Origin: Bacillus subtilis subsp. subtilis str. 168
Lineage (GTDB): Bacteria; Bacillota; Bacilli; Bacillales; Bacillaceae
DNA length: 32,000 bases
Reading direction: 5' to 3'
Assembly (NCBI RefSeq): GCF_000009045.1
Contig: NC_000964.3
Span: 4,020,001 to 4,052,000 of the forward strand
A program made the position numbers and the translations under genes. This document shows positions 9,501 through 20,920 of the stretch, one piece after another. Below the pieces are notes generated by a model, which was not told the origin of the DNA, made no database searches, and saw nothing but the letters and a program-made list of their open reading frames with translations. Every line of letters begins with the position of its first letter. The first letter of the stretch is position 1.

Positions 9501-10548
9501 TTTTCAGTACATAGGCCTTTAAATTAGCATCCCATTTTTGTGAGGAGGCCGAATAGTTCGTCGTCGGGTAGGCACTCATGACAAACGTATCCGATGAAAC
9601 AGATAAAGAAGTTGACGGGTCGATAGATACTGGATATACGCGTTCTGGGTCTTTCAGCCAGTTCTCGTCTGCCGTAAGATGAAGCAAATACCCTTCTTCA
9701 TTCTTTTCCAGCTTATAGCTGACTTTGTCTGACCGTTCAACCTCGCCGGAAAGCTCATCTAGTTTTGAATCCGTCATAAAAGGCTTAGGCACAGAAAAAA
9801 CAACTTTTCCTTTTTCATCAGAAAAATCAATGGATCCATCCTCTTGTTCTTTAGCCTGCAAATCGGTTTTTAACTGAAATGTAAATGTGTTGTATCCATT
9901 ATACTGATGAAGGACTAAATCTTCTTTTATGTTTTCATTGAATGTGAAAGTCTGAAGATCAATATTCGGAAACACATCCGGATACACAATCTCATTACTG
10001 TCAGTCTTATAATCTGCTGAGGTATCTTTCGGAGTAAGTGAAGTTTTATTCGGGCCTTTCGCTTCTGCTAGTGAATATGTAACCTTATGGTCATTATGCT
10101 CAAAAGTCGCATAAAGCCCGTTCTTCATTTGCTTTTGAAAATCTGAATTCAAAATAGCGTTCTCTGTCTCGACTTGTTTGCTTGTCGACTCTTTTAACTC
10201 AGGAGAAATGTCTTCCCAGTCGGCATCCGGTGTTTCCTTTGTATGAATAGGATCAAGGTATACTTCCTGTTTATAGACACCGTCACCTTCATAATAGAGT
10301 TTTGTATTTTCTGTTCTTTCAGAGGTGATCTCACCCTCTTTGTTTATATCTTTTGGATCAAAAGGTACAGCTTCCTCAGTTTGTTCTTTCTGAAGAGTTT
10401 CTTCTGGATCATCGGCAGCAATACGGTTTCCATTCTCTTCTTCTGTAGATTTTGCTAGTACATCGGCTGGCACTAATGAAATCATTAAAGCCAACACTAA
10501 AAATGCTGCAATGAACCTTTTAAAGTTTCGCCTCTTTCTTTTTTTCAT
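3544..10548 (-). CDS. wapA: Cell-wall-associated contact-dependent toxin WapA: secreted RHS/YD-repeat protein with C-terminal toxin domain (2334 aa from ATG at 10548)
   Basis: ORF 3544..10587. ATG at 10548 gives MKKRKRRNFKRFIAAFLVLALMISLVPADVLA (signal peptide), then DNRLRE-type region, three ~100-aa repeats, many YD repeats, RHS core ending in DPDGHWVW, and a short basic C-terminal domain. Confidence 0.97.
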   Translation of the reverse strand: MKKRKRRNFKRFIAAFLVLALMISLVPADVLAKSTEEENGNRIAADDPEETLQKEQTEEAVPFDPKDINKEGEITSERTENTKLYYEGDGVYKQEVYLDPIHTKETPDADWEDISPELKESTSKQVETENAILNSDFQKQMKNGLYATFEHNDHKVTYSLAEAKGPNKTSLTPKDTSADYKTDSNEIVYPDVFPNIDLQTFTFNENIKEDLVLHQYNGYNTFTFQLKTDLQAKEQEDGSIDFSDEKGKVVFSVPKPFMTDSKLDELSGEVERSDKVSYKLEKNEEGYLLHLTADENWLKDPERVYPVSIDPSTSLSVSSDTFVMSAYPTTNYSASSQKWDANLKAYVLKTGYYDKTTGTNYAFMKFNNLKPIQNMTVTKATLKTYVAHSYYGTKATGLWLDTVNSNYDNAKVTWNTKPASKNIGKADVHKGQWASYDVTAAVKSWNSGGANYGFKLHTNGNGKEYWKKLISSANSANKPYIEVTYTIPKGNTPTIKAYHNGDSTGYFDISWKKVEGAKGYKVWIYNGKEYQAISAGNVTSWSTKGKKIWPTSAEIASKRYKLHLDGKDGAELALDPSPVYKNSGGSYATSKNYWIGVSAIFDQGEGAMSAPAKPVIPNVGKAQAPSAKGYNNGNATGYFDLSWKAVSGATGYKVQVFNGKGFETLDLGNQTSWTTKGKKIWPTSAEIKAGKYALHLKDGSGAELPINPGPTYKNAGGDGAKRNYSFKIIAYNKDGEAIASPAATPALPDIARPKNVTGYLYTNTKSSQTGYVNLIWEKVQNAKGYKVNIYNGKEYQSFDVGDADHWTTQNKNIWPTSEEIKAGSYKLHTDGKGGELALDPSPVYNNANGNYKGKKNYSFTLVAYDANGETIPTAPFNPTFHEGAEFLGTEEYWSIIDIPSGQLNGATGNVIVNEEDLSIDGRGPGLGLSRTYNSLDSSDHLFGQGWYADAETSVISTDGGAMYIDEDATTHRFTKKADGTYQPPTGVYLELTETADQFILKTKDQTNAYFNKKGGKLQKVVDGHNNATVYTYNDKNQLTAITDASGRKLTFTYDENGHVTSITGPKNKKVTYSYENDLLKKVTDTDGTVTSYDYDSEGRLVKQYSANSTEAKPVFTEYQYSGHRLEKAINAKKETYVYSYDADKKTLLMTQPNGRKVQYGYNEAGNPIQVIDDAEGLKITTNTKYEGNNVVEDVDPNDVGTGKATESYQYDKDGNVTSVKDAYGTETYEYNKNNDVTKMKDTEGNVTDIAYDGLDAVSETDQSGKSSSAAVYDKYGNQIQSSKDLSASTNILKDGSFEAQKSGWNLTASKDSGKISVIADKSGVLSGSKALEVLSQSTSAGTDHGYSSATQTVELEPNTTYTLSGKIKTDLAKSRAYFNIDLRDKDQKRIQWIHNEYSALAGKNDWTKRQITFTTPANAGKAVVYMEVDHKDKDGKGKAWFDEVQLEKGEVSSSYNPVQNSSFTSATENWNVSGASVDSEEGFNDDVSLKAARTSASQAGSVTKQTVVLGQSANDKPVYLTLTGMSKASSVKFTDEKDYSLQANVTYADGSTGIYNAKFPSGTQEWNRAAVVIPKTKPINKVDISILFQKSATGTVWFDDIRLIEGSLLTKSTYDSNGNYVTKEEDELGYATSTDYDETGKKTSETDAKGEKTTYTYDQADQLTNMTLSNGTSILHSYDKEGNEVSKTIRAGADQTYKFEYDVMGKLVKTTDPLGNVLASEYDANSNLTKTISPNGNEVSLSYDGTDRVKSKSYNGTEKYIFTYDKNGNETSVVNKEQNTTKKRTFDNKNRLTELTDRGGSQTWTYPSDSDKLKTFSWIHGDQKGTNQFTYNKLDQMIEMKDSTSSYSFDYDENGNVQTFITGNGGGTSFSYDERNLVSSLHIGDKNGGDILTESYEYDANGNRTTINSSASGKVQYEYGKLNQLVKETHEDGTVIEYTYDGFGNRKTVTTIKDGSSKTVNASFNIMNQLTKVNDESISYDKNGNRTSDGKFTYTWDAEDNLTAVTKKGEDKPFATYKYDEKGNRIQKTVNGKVTNYFYDGDSLNVLYETDADNNVTKSYTYGDSGQLLSYTENGKKYFYHYNAHGDIIAISDSTGKTVAKYQYDAWGNPTKTEASDEVKDNRYRYAGYQYDEETGLYYLMARYYEPRNGVFLSLDPDPGSDGDSLDQNGYAYGNNNPVMNVDPDGHWVWLVVNAGFAAYDGYKAYKSGKGWKGAAWAAASNFGPGKIFKGASRAYKFTKKAVKITGHTRHGLNQSIGRNGGRGVNLRAKLNAVRSPKKVIKQPNGATKYVGKKATVVLNKRGKVITAYGSSRAKGSKHVFHTHGKGNKSKRRR
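7925..9075 (-). repeat. Three tandem ~100-120-aa repeats inside WapA (approximate bounds 9075-8705, 8705-8330, 8320-7925)
   Basis: Protein repeats TGYFDISWKKVEGAKGYKVWIYNGKEYQ, TGYFDLSWKAVSGATGYKVQVFNGKGFE and TGYVNLIWEKVQNAKGYKVNIYNGKEYQ, each followed by (T)TKGKKIWPTSAEI/TQNKNIWPTSEEI and a LHLDGKDG-like segment. Confidence 0.85.
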
Positions 10549-10679
10549 TTCCTCTCTCCTTTTGTAATAAAAGTAATATTTACTCAATAATCTTAACTAG
10601 ACTGAAATATCATTACAATATTTTTCTAGAAAATTTATCTTATTTTAAGGATTAGCGAGAGTCAATTGACCTAAAACAA

Positions 10680-10702
10680 AAAAAGGCCGCATAGGCCTTT
10701 TT
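10680..10702. terminator. Bidirectional-type terminator between yxxF and wapA
   Basis: AAAAAGGCC GCATA GGCCTTTTT hairpin. Confidence 0.8.
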
Positions 10703-10709
10703 ACATTTT

Positions 10710-11645
10710 TTATTGTATTTGTTCAATATCCGTACCCTCAGCTGTCACATTCGCCTTCCCCTGCCTCCTGACAAGCGTCAAGGCCATGCCCGCAAAGATC
10801 ATTACGATGCCAAGCGTTTGATAGAGGTCAGGGCGGAAGCCTGTGAAGACGGTATCGAGCACGATCGCGACAGCGGGGTCGAGAAATACAATGATTGAAA
10901 TAAATTTCGTTGATAAAAATCGTAAACTGTCAAAAAACAGCAAATATACAATACCCGTATGGATGATGCCGGTAGATACCACCATAATCCAGTTTCCCTG
11001 AGATAGGTCCGCAAAAGCGCCAAAGTGAATAAACGGAATCAGGATGATAACCCCTAAACCTGTCTGCAAGAAGGTGGTCGTGTAAGGACTGAGATTGTGA
11101 ATGCCTTTTCCCAATAAAGTGGTGAACGCATAAAACAGTGCGGCGAGAACTGCCCATATGATCCCTGATCCCATCAGCTGTGTCAATGATGTGCTGCCGT
11201 TAATCCCGGAAATCAGCGCAGTCCCAAGAAAGCAGATGATAATGGAGCTGACGGAGATCACATTTAATTTCTCTCTGTAGAAGAAGCTCCCCAGAAGAAG
11301 AACAAGCACCGGCGCTAGATGATAAACAGAGATGGCAATTGTAACGGACGTTTCTTCAAAAGACTTAAATAAGAACACCCAGTTGAATACAAGAAAGAAA
11401 CCGCACGCCAATGTTTGCAGCACGTCTCTCTTGCTCCATTTTTCAGTTTTATACTGGCCGGACGCCAGCCAGCAAAAGCCTAAAAACAGCGTCGCGCAAA
11501 GGCAGCGGACAAAGACCAATTCAAATGACGGCAGATTGGTATGCTCTGAGAAAAAGCCGATGGAGCCGAAAATCACCATAGAGATGACCATTTTGATTAC
11601 GGCTGTTGATTTTTGTTTTGACGATATGGAAGGATCCTGTTGCAT
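10710..11645 (-). CDS. yxxF: EamA/DMT-family transporter YxxF
   Basis: ORF 10710..11678, start at the internal ATG (MQQDPSISSKQK...) gives 311 aa. Multiple hydrophobic segments with the duplicated EamA architecture. Confidence 0.85.
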   Translation of the reverse strand: MQQDPSISSKQKSTAVIKMVISMVIFGSIGFFSEHTNLPSFELVFVRCLCATLFLGFCWLASGQYKTEKWSKRDVLQTLACGFFLVFNWVFLFKSFEETSVTIAISVYHLAPVLVLLLGSFFYREKLNVISVSSIIICFLGTALISGINGSTSLTQLMGSGIIWAVLAALFYAFTTLLGKGIHNLSPYTTTFLQTGLGVIILIPFIHFGAFADLSQGNWIMVVSTGIIHTGIVYLLFFDSLRFLSTKFISIIVFLDPAVAIVLDTVFTGFRPDLYQTLGIVMIFAGMALTLVRRQGKANVTAEGTDIEQIQ

Positions 11646-11761
11646 CAAACGTATTCTACCTCCAATACTGCATAGCATAAACTGTTTTTTGTGAATTCAG
11701 AAATCTACACATAGAATTCCTCTTTTTTACATGTAGATATTATAACACTTCTATTCTAAAT

Positions 11762-11790
11762 AAAAAAAAGCGCCCAAGGGCGCTTTTTTT
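11762..11790. terminator. Bidirectional-type terminator downstream of yxiE
   Basis: AAAAAAAAGCGCCC AA GGGCGCTTTTTTT. Confidence 0.85.
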
Positions 11791-11796
11791 ACAAAT

Positions 11797-12243
11797 CTAT
11801 CGAACAATCAAAACCGGGCATGTTGATAATTGAGACACTTTATGGCTGACGCTTCCAAGCATCATTTCTTTCAGGCCGCTGATCCCCCGGCTGCCAACTA
11901 CAATCAGGCTGACGCCTTTCTCTTTTGCGTGATTTAGTATCTCATGCGCCGGCTCGCCATTCGCGTAAATGGTTTCAGCTTGAACGCCTTTTTCGGCTGC
12001 TTTTTCTTTTGCATTCTCAAGGATTTTCAGGCCCTCTTTTTTAACCTCGTTCCTGATTTCATCAATAAAGTGTTCAGGCACATAGACAATTCCCGTCAGA
12101 GAAGAAGTCGTGACGACGGCTTCTCTCCCCACATGAAGAATGCTTAGTTCCGCTTGTTGCTCTTTTGCCAAATGCACTGCGGCATCAAGCGCTTTTGCAC
12201 TCATGTCTGATCCGTCAATCGCTACTAACATTTTGTTAAACAT
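11797..12243 (-). CDS. yxiE: Universal stress protein (UspA) family protein
   Basis: 148 aa: MFNKMLVAIDGSDMSAKALDAAVHLA... with the C-terminal GSRGISGLKEMMLGSVSHKV nucleotide-binding motif. Confidence 0.93.
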   Translation of the reverse strand: MFNKMLVAIDGSDMSAKALDAAVHLAKEQQAELSILHVGREAVVTTSSLTGIVYVPEHFIDEIRNEVKKEGLKILENAKEKAAEKGVQAETIYANGEPAHEILNHAKEKGVSLIVVGSRGISGLKEMMLGSVSHKVSQLSTCPVLIVR

Positions 12244-12345
12244 GCTCTTCCCGCCTTTCGGACTGTGGGTGGTTCATCTTTCTCTTTTATTGTCCGCCTG
12301 CATTTCGTTATTGTCAATTGAAGCGCATGAGTTTTCAAAAAATTG

Positions 12346-15607
<3,262 letters not shown>

Positions 15608-15713
15608 GTGTATACCTCCTTTTTATGGGGGGACTGCTGGATGAAAGGTGGCCGCCTTTCACCAGCTTTTTTTGTATCAAATGCTGCATCACCTCCTAAA
15701 AGAGAATAAAAAA

Positions 15714-15766
15714 ACCTAAATGACACAGATTGCGAGAGTCTCCTCCTGCACCTGCACCATTTAGGT
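15714..15766 (-). terminator. Leader terminator upstream of bglP
   Basis: ACCTAAATG / CATTTAGGT inverted arms followed on the minus transcript by TTTTTTT (TCATTTAGGTTTTTTTATTC). Confidence 0.85.
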
Positions 15767-15792
15767 TTTGCCTGCTTTCGCAGTAACAATCC
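15759..15792 (-). promoter_or_regulatory. Ribonucleic antiterminator (RAT) for LicT, overlapping the bglP leader terminator
   Basis: Minus strand GGATTGTTACTGCGAAAGCAGGCAAAACCTAAAT matches the BglG/LicT RAT form and overlaps the terminator 5' arm. Confidence 0.9.
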
Positions 15793-15822
15793 TGACGGGT
15801 CGTTTTATTTGTTTGTAGGTAT

Positions 15823-15851
15823 ACTTTAGCACTAGATTCGTGAGATGTCAA
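15823..15851 (-). promoter_or_regulatory. SigA-type promoter of bglPH
   Basis: -35 TTGACA (15846-15851), 17-nt spacer, -10 TAAAGT (15823-15828). Confidence 0.8.
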
Positions 15852-15859
15852 CGCTTTCA
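15846..15859 (-). promoter_or_regulatory. cre (CcpA) operator overlapping the bglP -35
   Basis: TGAAAGCGTTGACA on the minus strand fits the cre consensus. Confidence 0.85.
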
Positions 15860-15989
15860 TTTTTGGTGTTGACTATCGTTTCTAGAACAAAAGTAATCAT
15901 AAAGATTTGAACTTAGTATTAACTTCAATAAAAAATTATTGTAATTAAAAACCTTGAAAGGCATTTTTTCCAATCAAGGTTATGAATCG

Positions 15990-16298
15990 TTACCGTTTAA
16001 ATTTTTTTAAAGACTTCTTTATCTGTACTATTACATTCTTTAGCCAATCTATTGGTTCTAAATTAAACGCAGGAAGATACACGCCATCTGCGCAAGATTG
16101 AATGTAATCGTTTTTCTTATTGTCTGAATGCTCACTTTCAATAAAATCCGTTAAAAAGACAATAGCATCCTCCAAATATTCCTTACTTTCCTCTATTAAT
16201 AACTCTTGTATAGCGTCATCAGGAGTTTCAATATCTTGATGGAATGTTCCAGCTAAAAACTGAAAAACAGGGTCCTTCTGTTTATTGATCAATAACAT
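15990..16298 (-). CDS. yxxE: Small protein, contact-dependent-inhibition immunity-like (~102 aa), likely YxxE
   Basis: [37 protein letters not shown]... Last gene of the LXG toxin cluster. Symbol from synteny only. Confidence 0.65.
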
Positions 16299-16343
16299 GT
16301 CATCTTGCTCCTTTAAGGGAGAGGTAACGGGATAATGTTAAAA

Positions 16344-16787
16344 TCATTCATCATCTAATAAATCAAGATAATACTGATCATTCTCTTCTATTTTTCTTAA
16401 GAACTCGGTAAGAGAAGTTGCAATTTGAATATCATAATAGTAAATCGGATTTTTATTATTATCATTTAATTCAATTGACATTAATGCCGATTCACTACCT
16501 TCAAAAAATATTAATTTATCATTCTCAAACTCATCATATATTTCTATGTCAGGATAAAATTCAAAGTCATTTATCCTCAATCGAAAGTCTCTTACAGAAT
16601 ATGGATCCAAAATGCGATTAGTATTAAACTCTGATCCTTTAATAAACCCATAGCCAACTTCTAAATAAAAATTCACTAATTCACTAGGTAATTTTAAGTT
16701 TAAATTTTTTTCAACCTCTTCAATCTCACTTTGATTCACTGGATAAAAATCATTTTCTTTGTTTGATTTTATAAAATTATAACTCAT
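16344..16787 (-). CDS. yxxD: SMI1/KNR4-like immunity protein for YxiD
   Basis: 147 aa (SEIEEVEKNLNLKLPSELVNFYLEVGYGFIKG...). Overlaps the yxiD stop by 4 nt. Confidence 0.88.
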   Translation of the reverse strand: MSYNFIKSNKENDFYPVNQSEIEEVEKNLNLKLPSELVNFYLEVGYGFIKGSEFNTNRILDPYSVRDFRLRINDFEFYPDIEIYDEFENDKLIFFEGSESALMSIELNDNNKNPIYYYDIQIATSLTEFLRKIEENDQYYLDLLDDE

Positions 16788-18493
16788 TTTTTTTTGCCTC
16801 CTTTAAATAATTCATTTGCTGGTGAGCCTGTACCATGAATCCCAGCTTGATGCTCGTTAGGAAATTTTGCTGGATGCATATTCCACCATTCATGTTCTCC
16901 GCCAAAAGTATTTTCAATTATATGGTGAGCATCATACTTATCCCCTTTTTTTCTAATAATTTTACCTGTTTTTTCAGATACAACATTTTCCTTATAAACA
17001 GGCCATTTTTGTCCAGTGTTTTCTTCCCATTCTTTTATAACTTTATTTTTTACTTTATCAAATTTAGTCCTGTGTTTTGCAGTCTCTATTGGTGACATTT
17101 TTTTATATTCTTTATTTCTTAATGCTTCCTTTAATTTATCTATTTGATTTTTAGGTAATTCTCTACCTGTGCGTTGTTCTATATCTCTAGCATACTTTTT
17201 TATTAAATCAGAATTAATTTTATTAGCAGATCCACTTACATCATTCGCAATTTTCCCTTTATCCTTAGCAACGTTTTTAACTTCCGAAGCCTTCTTAGCC
17301 TTTTTCCCATTATTAATAAGTTTATTAATATCTATTAACTTTTCTAACTTAGCTATTTTGGCAAATGGTACTGAGTTTATGGAGGCAACAACACGGTCTT
17401 TCCCTGTGACTTTTTCGCCTGATACCGGATCTCTGCCCGTGGCTGCTTTAAATAGATCATACACGCCGGTAAGTTCTACAGCCGTCTCTAAAATTTTCAC
17501 ATATCCATTCTCATCCACTTTAATGTCCGAAAGCGAGACGACAGGTTCAAGCTTCATGTCATTACCAGATATGTATACATTGTAAAGTGTATCATTATAA
17601 ACGACTTGCTTAACCTCTGCATTTGAGAAATCAGTTTTTATATGTTCTCTATGTTCACTCGTATTATACACTTTACCATTGATAACGATGATATTTTTAC
17701 TTACCTTTTTAGAATCACCCGTTTTGACAACTGAATCCACTTTAGACTTTTCATTCTCGGCTAATTTCTTCAGCATCATCTCCATCGGTGAATCATCCGC
17801 CTGCTTCATTTGCGGGTTAATCGCGCCGAAGATTTGGTTGATGTTTTCTTCTTCCTGTGATTTCAGGATGGAGCCGCTTTTGTAGCCTGTGATTTCAATT
17901 TTCGGGCCGGTGTACATGGTTTCGAGCTGATCAATGTATTTTTTCATCGTTTGAAAATCTGATTTTGCGGCTTCTAGTGCTTGGGTTTGCTGGCCGTCAA
18001 ATTGAAAGAGCTTATTCAGGGTGTCTGAAATCAGCCGCTCAGCCTGTTCTGTTTCCATCCGAAAAAAGGAATCATTGACTGTCGGCAGGCTGACGATGTG
18101 ATCTATGGCTGATGTCTGGCGATTGACTGCGTCAGTGAGCTGCTCTGTCACTTCTCGTGCATGCTTGACCCCATGTCTCGCATCGTGTGAGAGAAAAGCC
18201 TCTGCGATCATGCCGTGGGAGTTAGATTCTACAGAGGAAATCGCATGCTGTGTTTGTTTCAGCACTTTTTTGTATTCGTCGATAAATATGCCAAAGAAAA
18301 GGAGAAAAGGCTTGTGGCACTCCTCGTAAAAGGTCCGGATGGCATCTCCGCCTTTTCCTTTCAGCGCATCCTTCATGCCTGCCAGATGCTCAACGCTTTT
18401 TTCCAGCTTCTCCAGCTGTTGTTTTTGCTTGTCCAGTTTCTCAATCGTATGCTGAATGCCCTCGTGAAGAGCGTGGACATCTAATGTTTTCAA
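16784..18493 (-). CDS. yxiD: LXG-domain polymorphic toxin with C-terminal HNH-like nuclease domain, 569 aa
   Basis: N-terminal LXG-like helical region (MKTLDVHALHEGIQHTIEKL...), pre-toxin linker (DLFKAATGRDPVSGEKVTG), and C-terminal motif KYDAHHIIENTFGGEHEWWNMHPAKFPNEHQAGIHGTGSP. Confidence 0.92.
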   Translation of the reverse strand: MKTLDVHALHEGIQHTIEKLDKQKQQLEKLEKSVEHLAGMKDALKGKGGDAIRTFYEECHKPFLLFFGIFIDEYKKVLKQTQHAISSVESNSHGMIAEAFLSHDARHGVKHAREVTEQLTDAVNRQTSAIDHIVSLPTVNDSFFRMETEQAERLISDTLNKLFQFDGQQTQALEAAKSDFQTMKKYIDQLETMYTGPKIEITGYKSGSILKSQEEENINQIFGAINPQMKQADDSPMEMMLKKLAENEKSKVDSVVKTGDSKKVSKNIIVINGKVYNTSEHREHIKTDFSNAEVKQVVYNDTLYNVYISGNDMKLEPVVSLSDIKVDENGYVKILETAVELTGVYDLFKAATGRDPVSGEKVTGKDRVVASINSVPFAKIAKLEKLIDINKLINNGKKAKKASEVKNVAKDKGKIANDVSGSANKINSDLIKKYARDIEQRTGRELPKNQIDKLKEALRNKEYKKMSPIETAKHRTKFDKVKNKVIKEWEENTGQKWPVYKENVVSEKTGKIIRKKGDKYDAHHIIENTFGGEHEWWNMHPAKFPNEHQAGIHGTGSPANELFKGGKKK

Positions 18494-18512
18494 TCCCTTG
18501 TCCTCCCGCGCT

Positions 18513-18782
18513 TTATTTCATGGAAGATGATATGTTTTCGTCCGTTTCCTTCATGGCGTTTACCGCGCTTTCCGTTTGTGCGATATGCTTGGCCAGAACA
18601 GACGCATATGCTTCAGTGAGCTCTTTGATGTCCTTATTTAATTGCTCGATGGACTTCACAACATTCAAATGGTTTCTGCCTGAGAGATGACCGGGCAATG
18701 AGGACTTGAGTTCAGCTGAATTCTTGAGCTGAGAAAGCCCTTGCTTCACTGTGTCATACACCATTTTAATTTCCTGTGCCAT
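18513..18782 (-). CDS. yxiC: YwqI/DUF5344-family small LXG partner protein
   Basis: 89 aa, helical, directly upstream of yxiD (MAQEIKMVYDTVKQGLSQLKNS...). Confidence 0.85.
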   Translation of the reverse strand: MAQEIKMVYDTVKQGLSQLKNSAELKSSLPGHLSGRNHLNVVKSIEQLNKDIKELTEAYASVLAKHIAQTESAVNAMKETDENISSSMK

Positions 18783-18793
18783 TTGTGCTCACC

Positions 18794-19159
18794 TCACTTT
18801 TTATGTTTTTCCTTCTCTATTTCATGCTCTATCCTCGTGATTTGGCGTCTTATAGAATACACATCGCCCTCTAATGAGTGGATTTTTCCTTCTATGCTTT
18901 CGATGATTCCGCTGACTTGATCGCTTTTGATTTGCTGATATGCTTTGTTCATTCCTTCACGAATATCTTCAAACCGCTCAGCATGTGTTCCTCTCCATGC
19001 CTCCCGGTTAAGATGAGGCCGGTGAATGAGATGCTGGGCCTCAGAGAAATCGTGTTTGATTTGCCTAATTTCGTGCAGCACTCGTTTTAATTGATGGATC
19101 TGTTCCTGCTTTTCATGTAAGTCGGCTTTTACCGAATGTAACAACATTTCACTATGCAT
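18794..19159 (-). CDS. yxiB: YwqH/DUF5082-family coiled-coil LXG partner protein
   Basis: 121 aa with extended coiled coil (LHEKQEQIHQLKRVLHEIRQIKHDFSEAQHLI...) at the head of the LXG operon. Confidence 0.8.
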   Translation of the reverse strand: MHSEMLLHSVKADLHEKQEQIHQLKRVLHEIRQIKHDFSEAQHLIHRPHLNREAWRGTHAERFEDIREGMNKAYQQIKSDQVSGIIESIEGKIHSLEGDVYSIRRQITRIEHEIEKEKHKK

Positions 19160-19430
19160 GCCGCAACACCTCGTGTTTCTATCAAACTGTGTAAATTCTT
19201 TACAATACAGACTATTTTCATATTACATGATGGGTCATATTGGATAAATAGGTAAAAAGGATTGTCTTGAGAGGTATAGAACTGGTTCTAAATTGCTAAA
19301 AATACGATCTCATCACCCTATGAAAGGAGAAAACAATCATAGTAGGGACTTTTTATTTAAGCCTTTAATCTCTCCTCCAGTTCTAATTTTTCCTCCCACT
19401 TAACTGTTTCTTATAGTCAATAAAGCTCAT

Positions 19431-19454
19431 AAAAAAACACCTTCCCTCGAAGGC
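19431..19454 (-). terminator. Terminator downstream of abnB/yxiA
   Basis: Minus strand CGCCTTC GAGG GAAGGTG TTTTTTT. Confidence 0.75.
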
Positions 19455-19465
19455 GCTTCTCCATC

Positions 19466-20875
19466 TTATTTAGATCCCCATACAGCCTCACCGCTGGTAT
19501 TCAGCACACTAAACGTCATGACGTTCTTCTCTCTCACCGAATCCCACTGGCGTAAAAATACCCCGTTATACTTCTTGCCTGCTAACGTGATGTCGGCGGT
19601 GTTTTTTCCGGTTTTCCTCCATGTTCCGGTCATTTCCCCGGAAATGGTGTGGTTTTTGTTGAGCTGGATGTTGATGGTTTGTTTGATGTCGGCTGAGATG
19701 TCTTTTCCGTGCTGGATAAGTTTGTATGTTCCTGTGATGTCTTTTTGTTTTACTTCTTTCAATGTTTCGCCCGCATAACGATATGGTGCTGCTACCGGCC
19801 AGCCGTCTTTGTTCATGAACAATTGGTGGACTCTGACTTCGTGTTCTTCACCCCTGCCCGGGAAGCGGGTGTGGAAGATTAAATAGGAACGCCCGGTTTT
19901 TTCATCATAGTATGCGGAGTTGTGGCCTGGTGAGACGTACCCGGTGCCTTTTTCATTTTCTGTTTCAAAAGTGTAGCTGCCCATGAGTTTGACGCCGTAT
20001 GGTTCGATGGAACGGTCGTCGAAGAATGTGCCTCCCTTGCCGCGGACGTCGAGCATTGGATTGCCTTCTGCATCATAGTAAGGGCCGTCCGGTTTCTTGG
20101 AGCGGGCCACACGGATGTTGTAGCCGCCTGTTGCATCGAGACCGCCATATGATAGGTATAAGTAGTAGTATTGGGTGTCTGGATTGTAGAGAACATACGG
20201 GCCTTCGATTCTGCTGTGGTTGCCGCCGAGCAGTTTTTTCCCATATCCCTGTCCAGGAAGCGGGAAGCCCGTTTTCGGATTCATTTCAAGTATGAAAATG
20301 CCGCCTGAGTATGATCCGTACACCATCCACAGCTTGCCGTCTTTATCAAAGAAGGTATGCGGGTCGACGACATTCGGATGTTTGGTTGCATCATACGGTG
20401 TTCCATCGCTGCTTGTGCCTTCCATTCCTGATTTCAAAAAGATGCCTTTGTTTTTGTATGGGCCTTCGATGTTGTCAGCAACGGCAACACCCATGGCGGA
20501 TCTTGGCGAATCGCCGCGGCAGGCGTTGTAGTACATGTAGTATTTGCCGTCCGCCAGCTGCGTGACGTCAGCCGCCCAAAGAGTATCGGATTGCGCCCAT
20601 TCGAAGGTTTCTTTTAATTCTTCATAGACATTCGGGATAAGTGGGTTGTCATTGCTTACGCTGGTGGTCAGCTGCTGCCATTGCATGAGGTCATTCGATT
20701 TAGCTGAAGCGAGATGAGATCCAAAAACATAAAAAGTGCCGTTTGTTTCAATGATGGAAGGGTCATGGACGCTGACTTCTTTAAATATAGGTTTTTGTGC
20801 ATAGACGGAGTTTGGGAGGGTGAAGGCCATGATAAGAGCTGCAAGAAAACATACACGGAACAATCGGTTGAACAT
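19466..20875 (-). CDS. abnB: Secreted arabinan endo-1,5-alpha-L-arabinanase (GH43), 469 aa
   Basis: Signal peptide MFNRLFRVCFLAALIMAFTLPNSVYA; GH43 motifs HDPSIIETNGTFYVFGSH, KHPNVVDPHTFFDKDGKLWMVYGSYSGGI and NHSRIEGPYVLYN. Confidence 0.95.
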   Translation of the reverse strand: MFNRLFRVCFLAALIMAFTLPNSVYAQKPIFKEVSVHDPSIIETNGTFYVFGSHLASAKSNDLMQWQQLTTSVSNDNPLIPNVYEELKETFEWAQSDTLWAADVTQLADGKYYMYYNACRGDSPRSAMGVAVADNIEGPYKNKGIFLKSGMEGTSSDGTPYDATKHPNVVDPHTFFDKDGKLWMVYGSYSGGIFILEMNPKTGFPLPGQGYGKKLLGGNHSRIEGPYVLYNPDTQYYYLYLSYGGLDATGGYNIRVARSKKPDGPYYDAEGNPMLDVRGKGGTFFDDRSIEPYGVKLMGSYTFETENEKGTGYVSPGHNSAYYDEKTGRSYLIFHTRFPGRGEEHEVRVHQLFMNKDGWPVAAPYRYAGETLKEVKQKDITGTYKLIQHGKDISADIKQTINIQLNKNHTISGEMTGTWRKTGKNTADITLAGKKYNGVFLRQWDSVREKNVMTFSVLNTSGEAVWGSK

Positions 20876-20906
20876 CTAAACAATTCGCCTCTCTTTTTTA
20901 TTAAAT

Positions 20907-20920
20907 TTTAAACGCTTACA
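20907..20920 (-). promoter_or_regulatory. cre-like operator upstream of abnB/yxiA
   Basis: TGTAAGCGTTTAAA on the minus strand, ~30 bp upstream of the start codon. Confidence 0.7.

Noticed and set aside
3777-10458. Many 60-80-aa ORFs overlapping wapA on both strands
   Set aside because: All lie inside the continuous 2334-codon wapA frame. They are shadow ORFs from repetitive sequence, with no RBS or domain signal.
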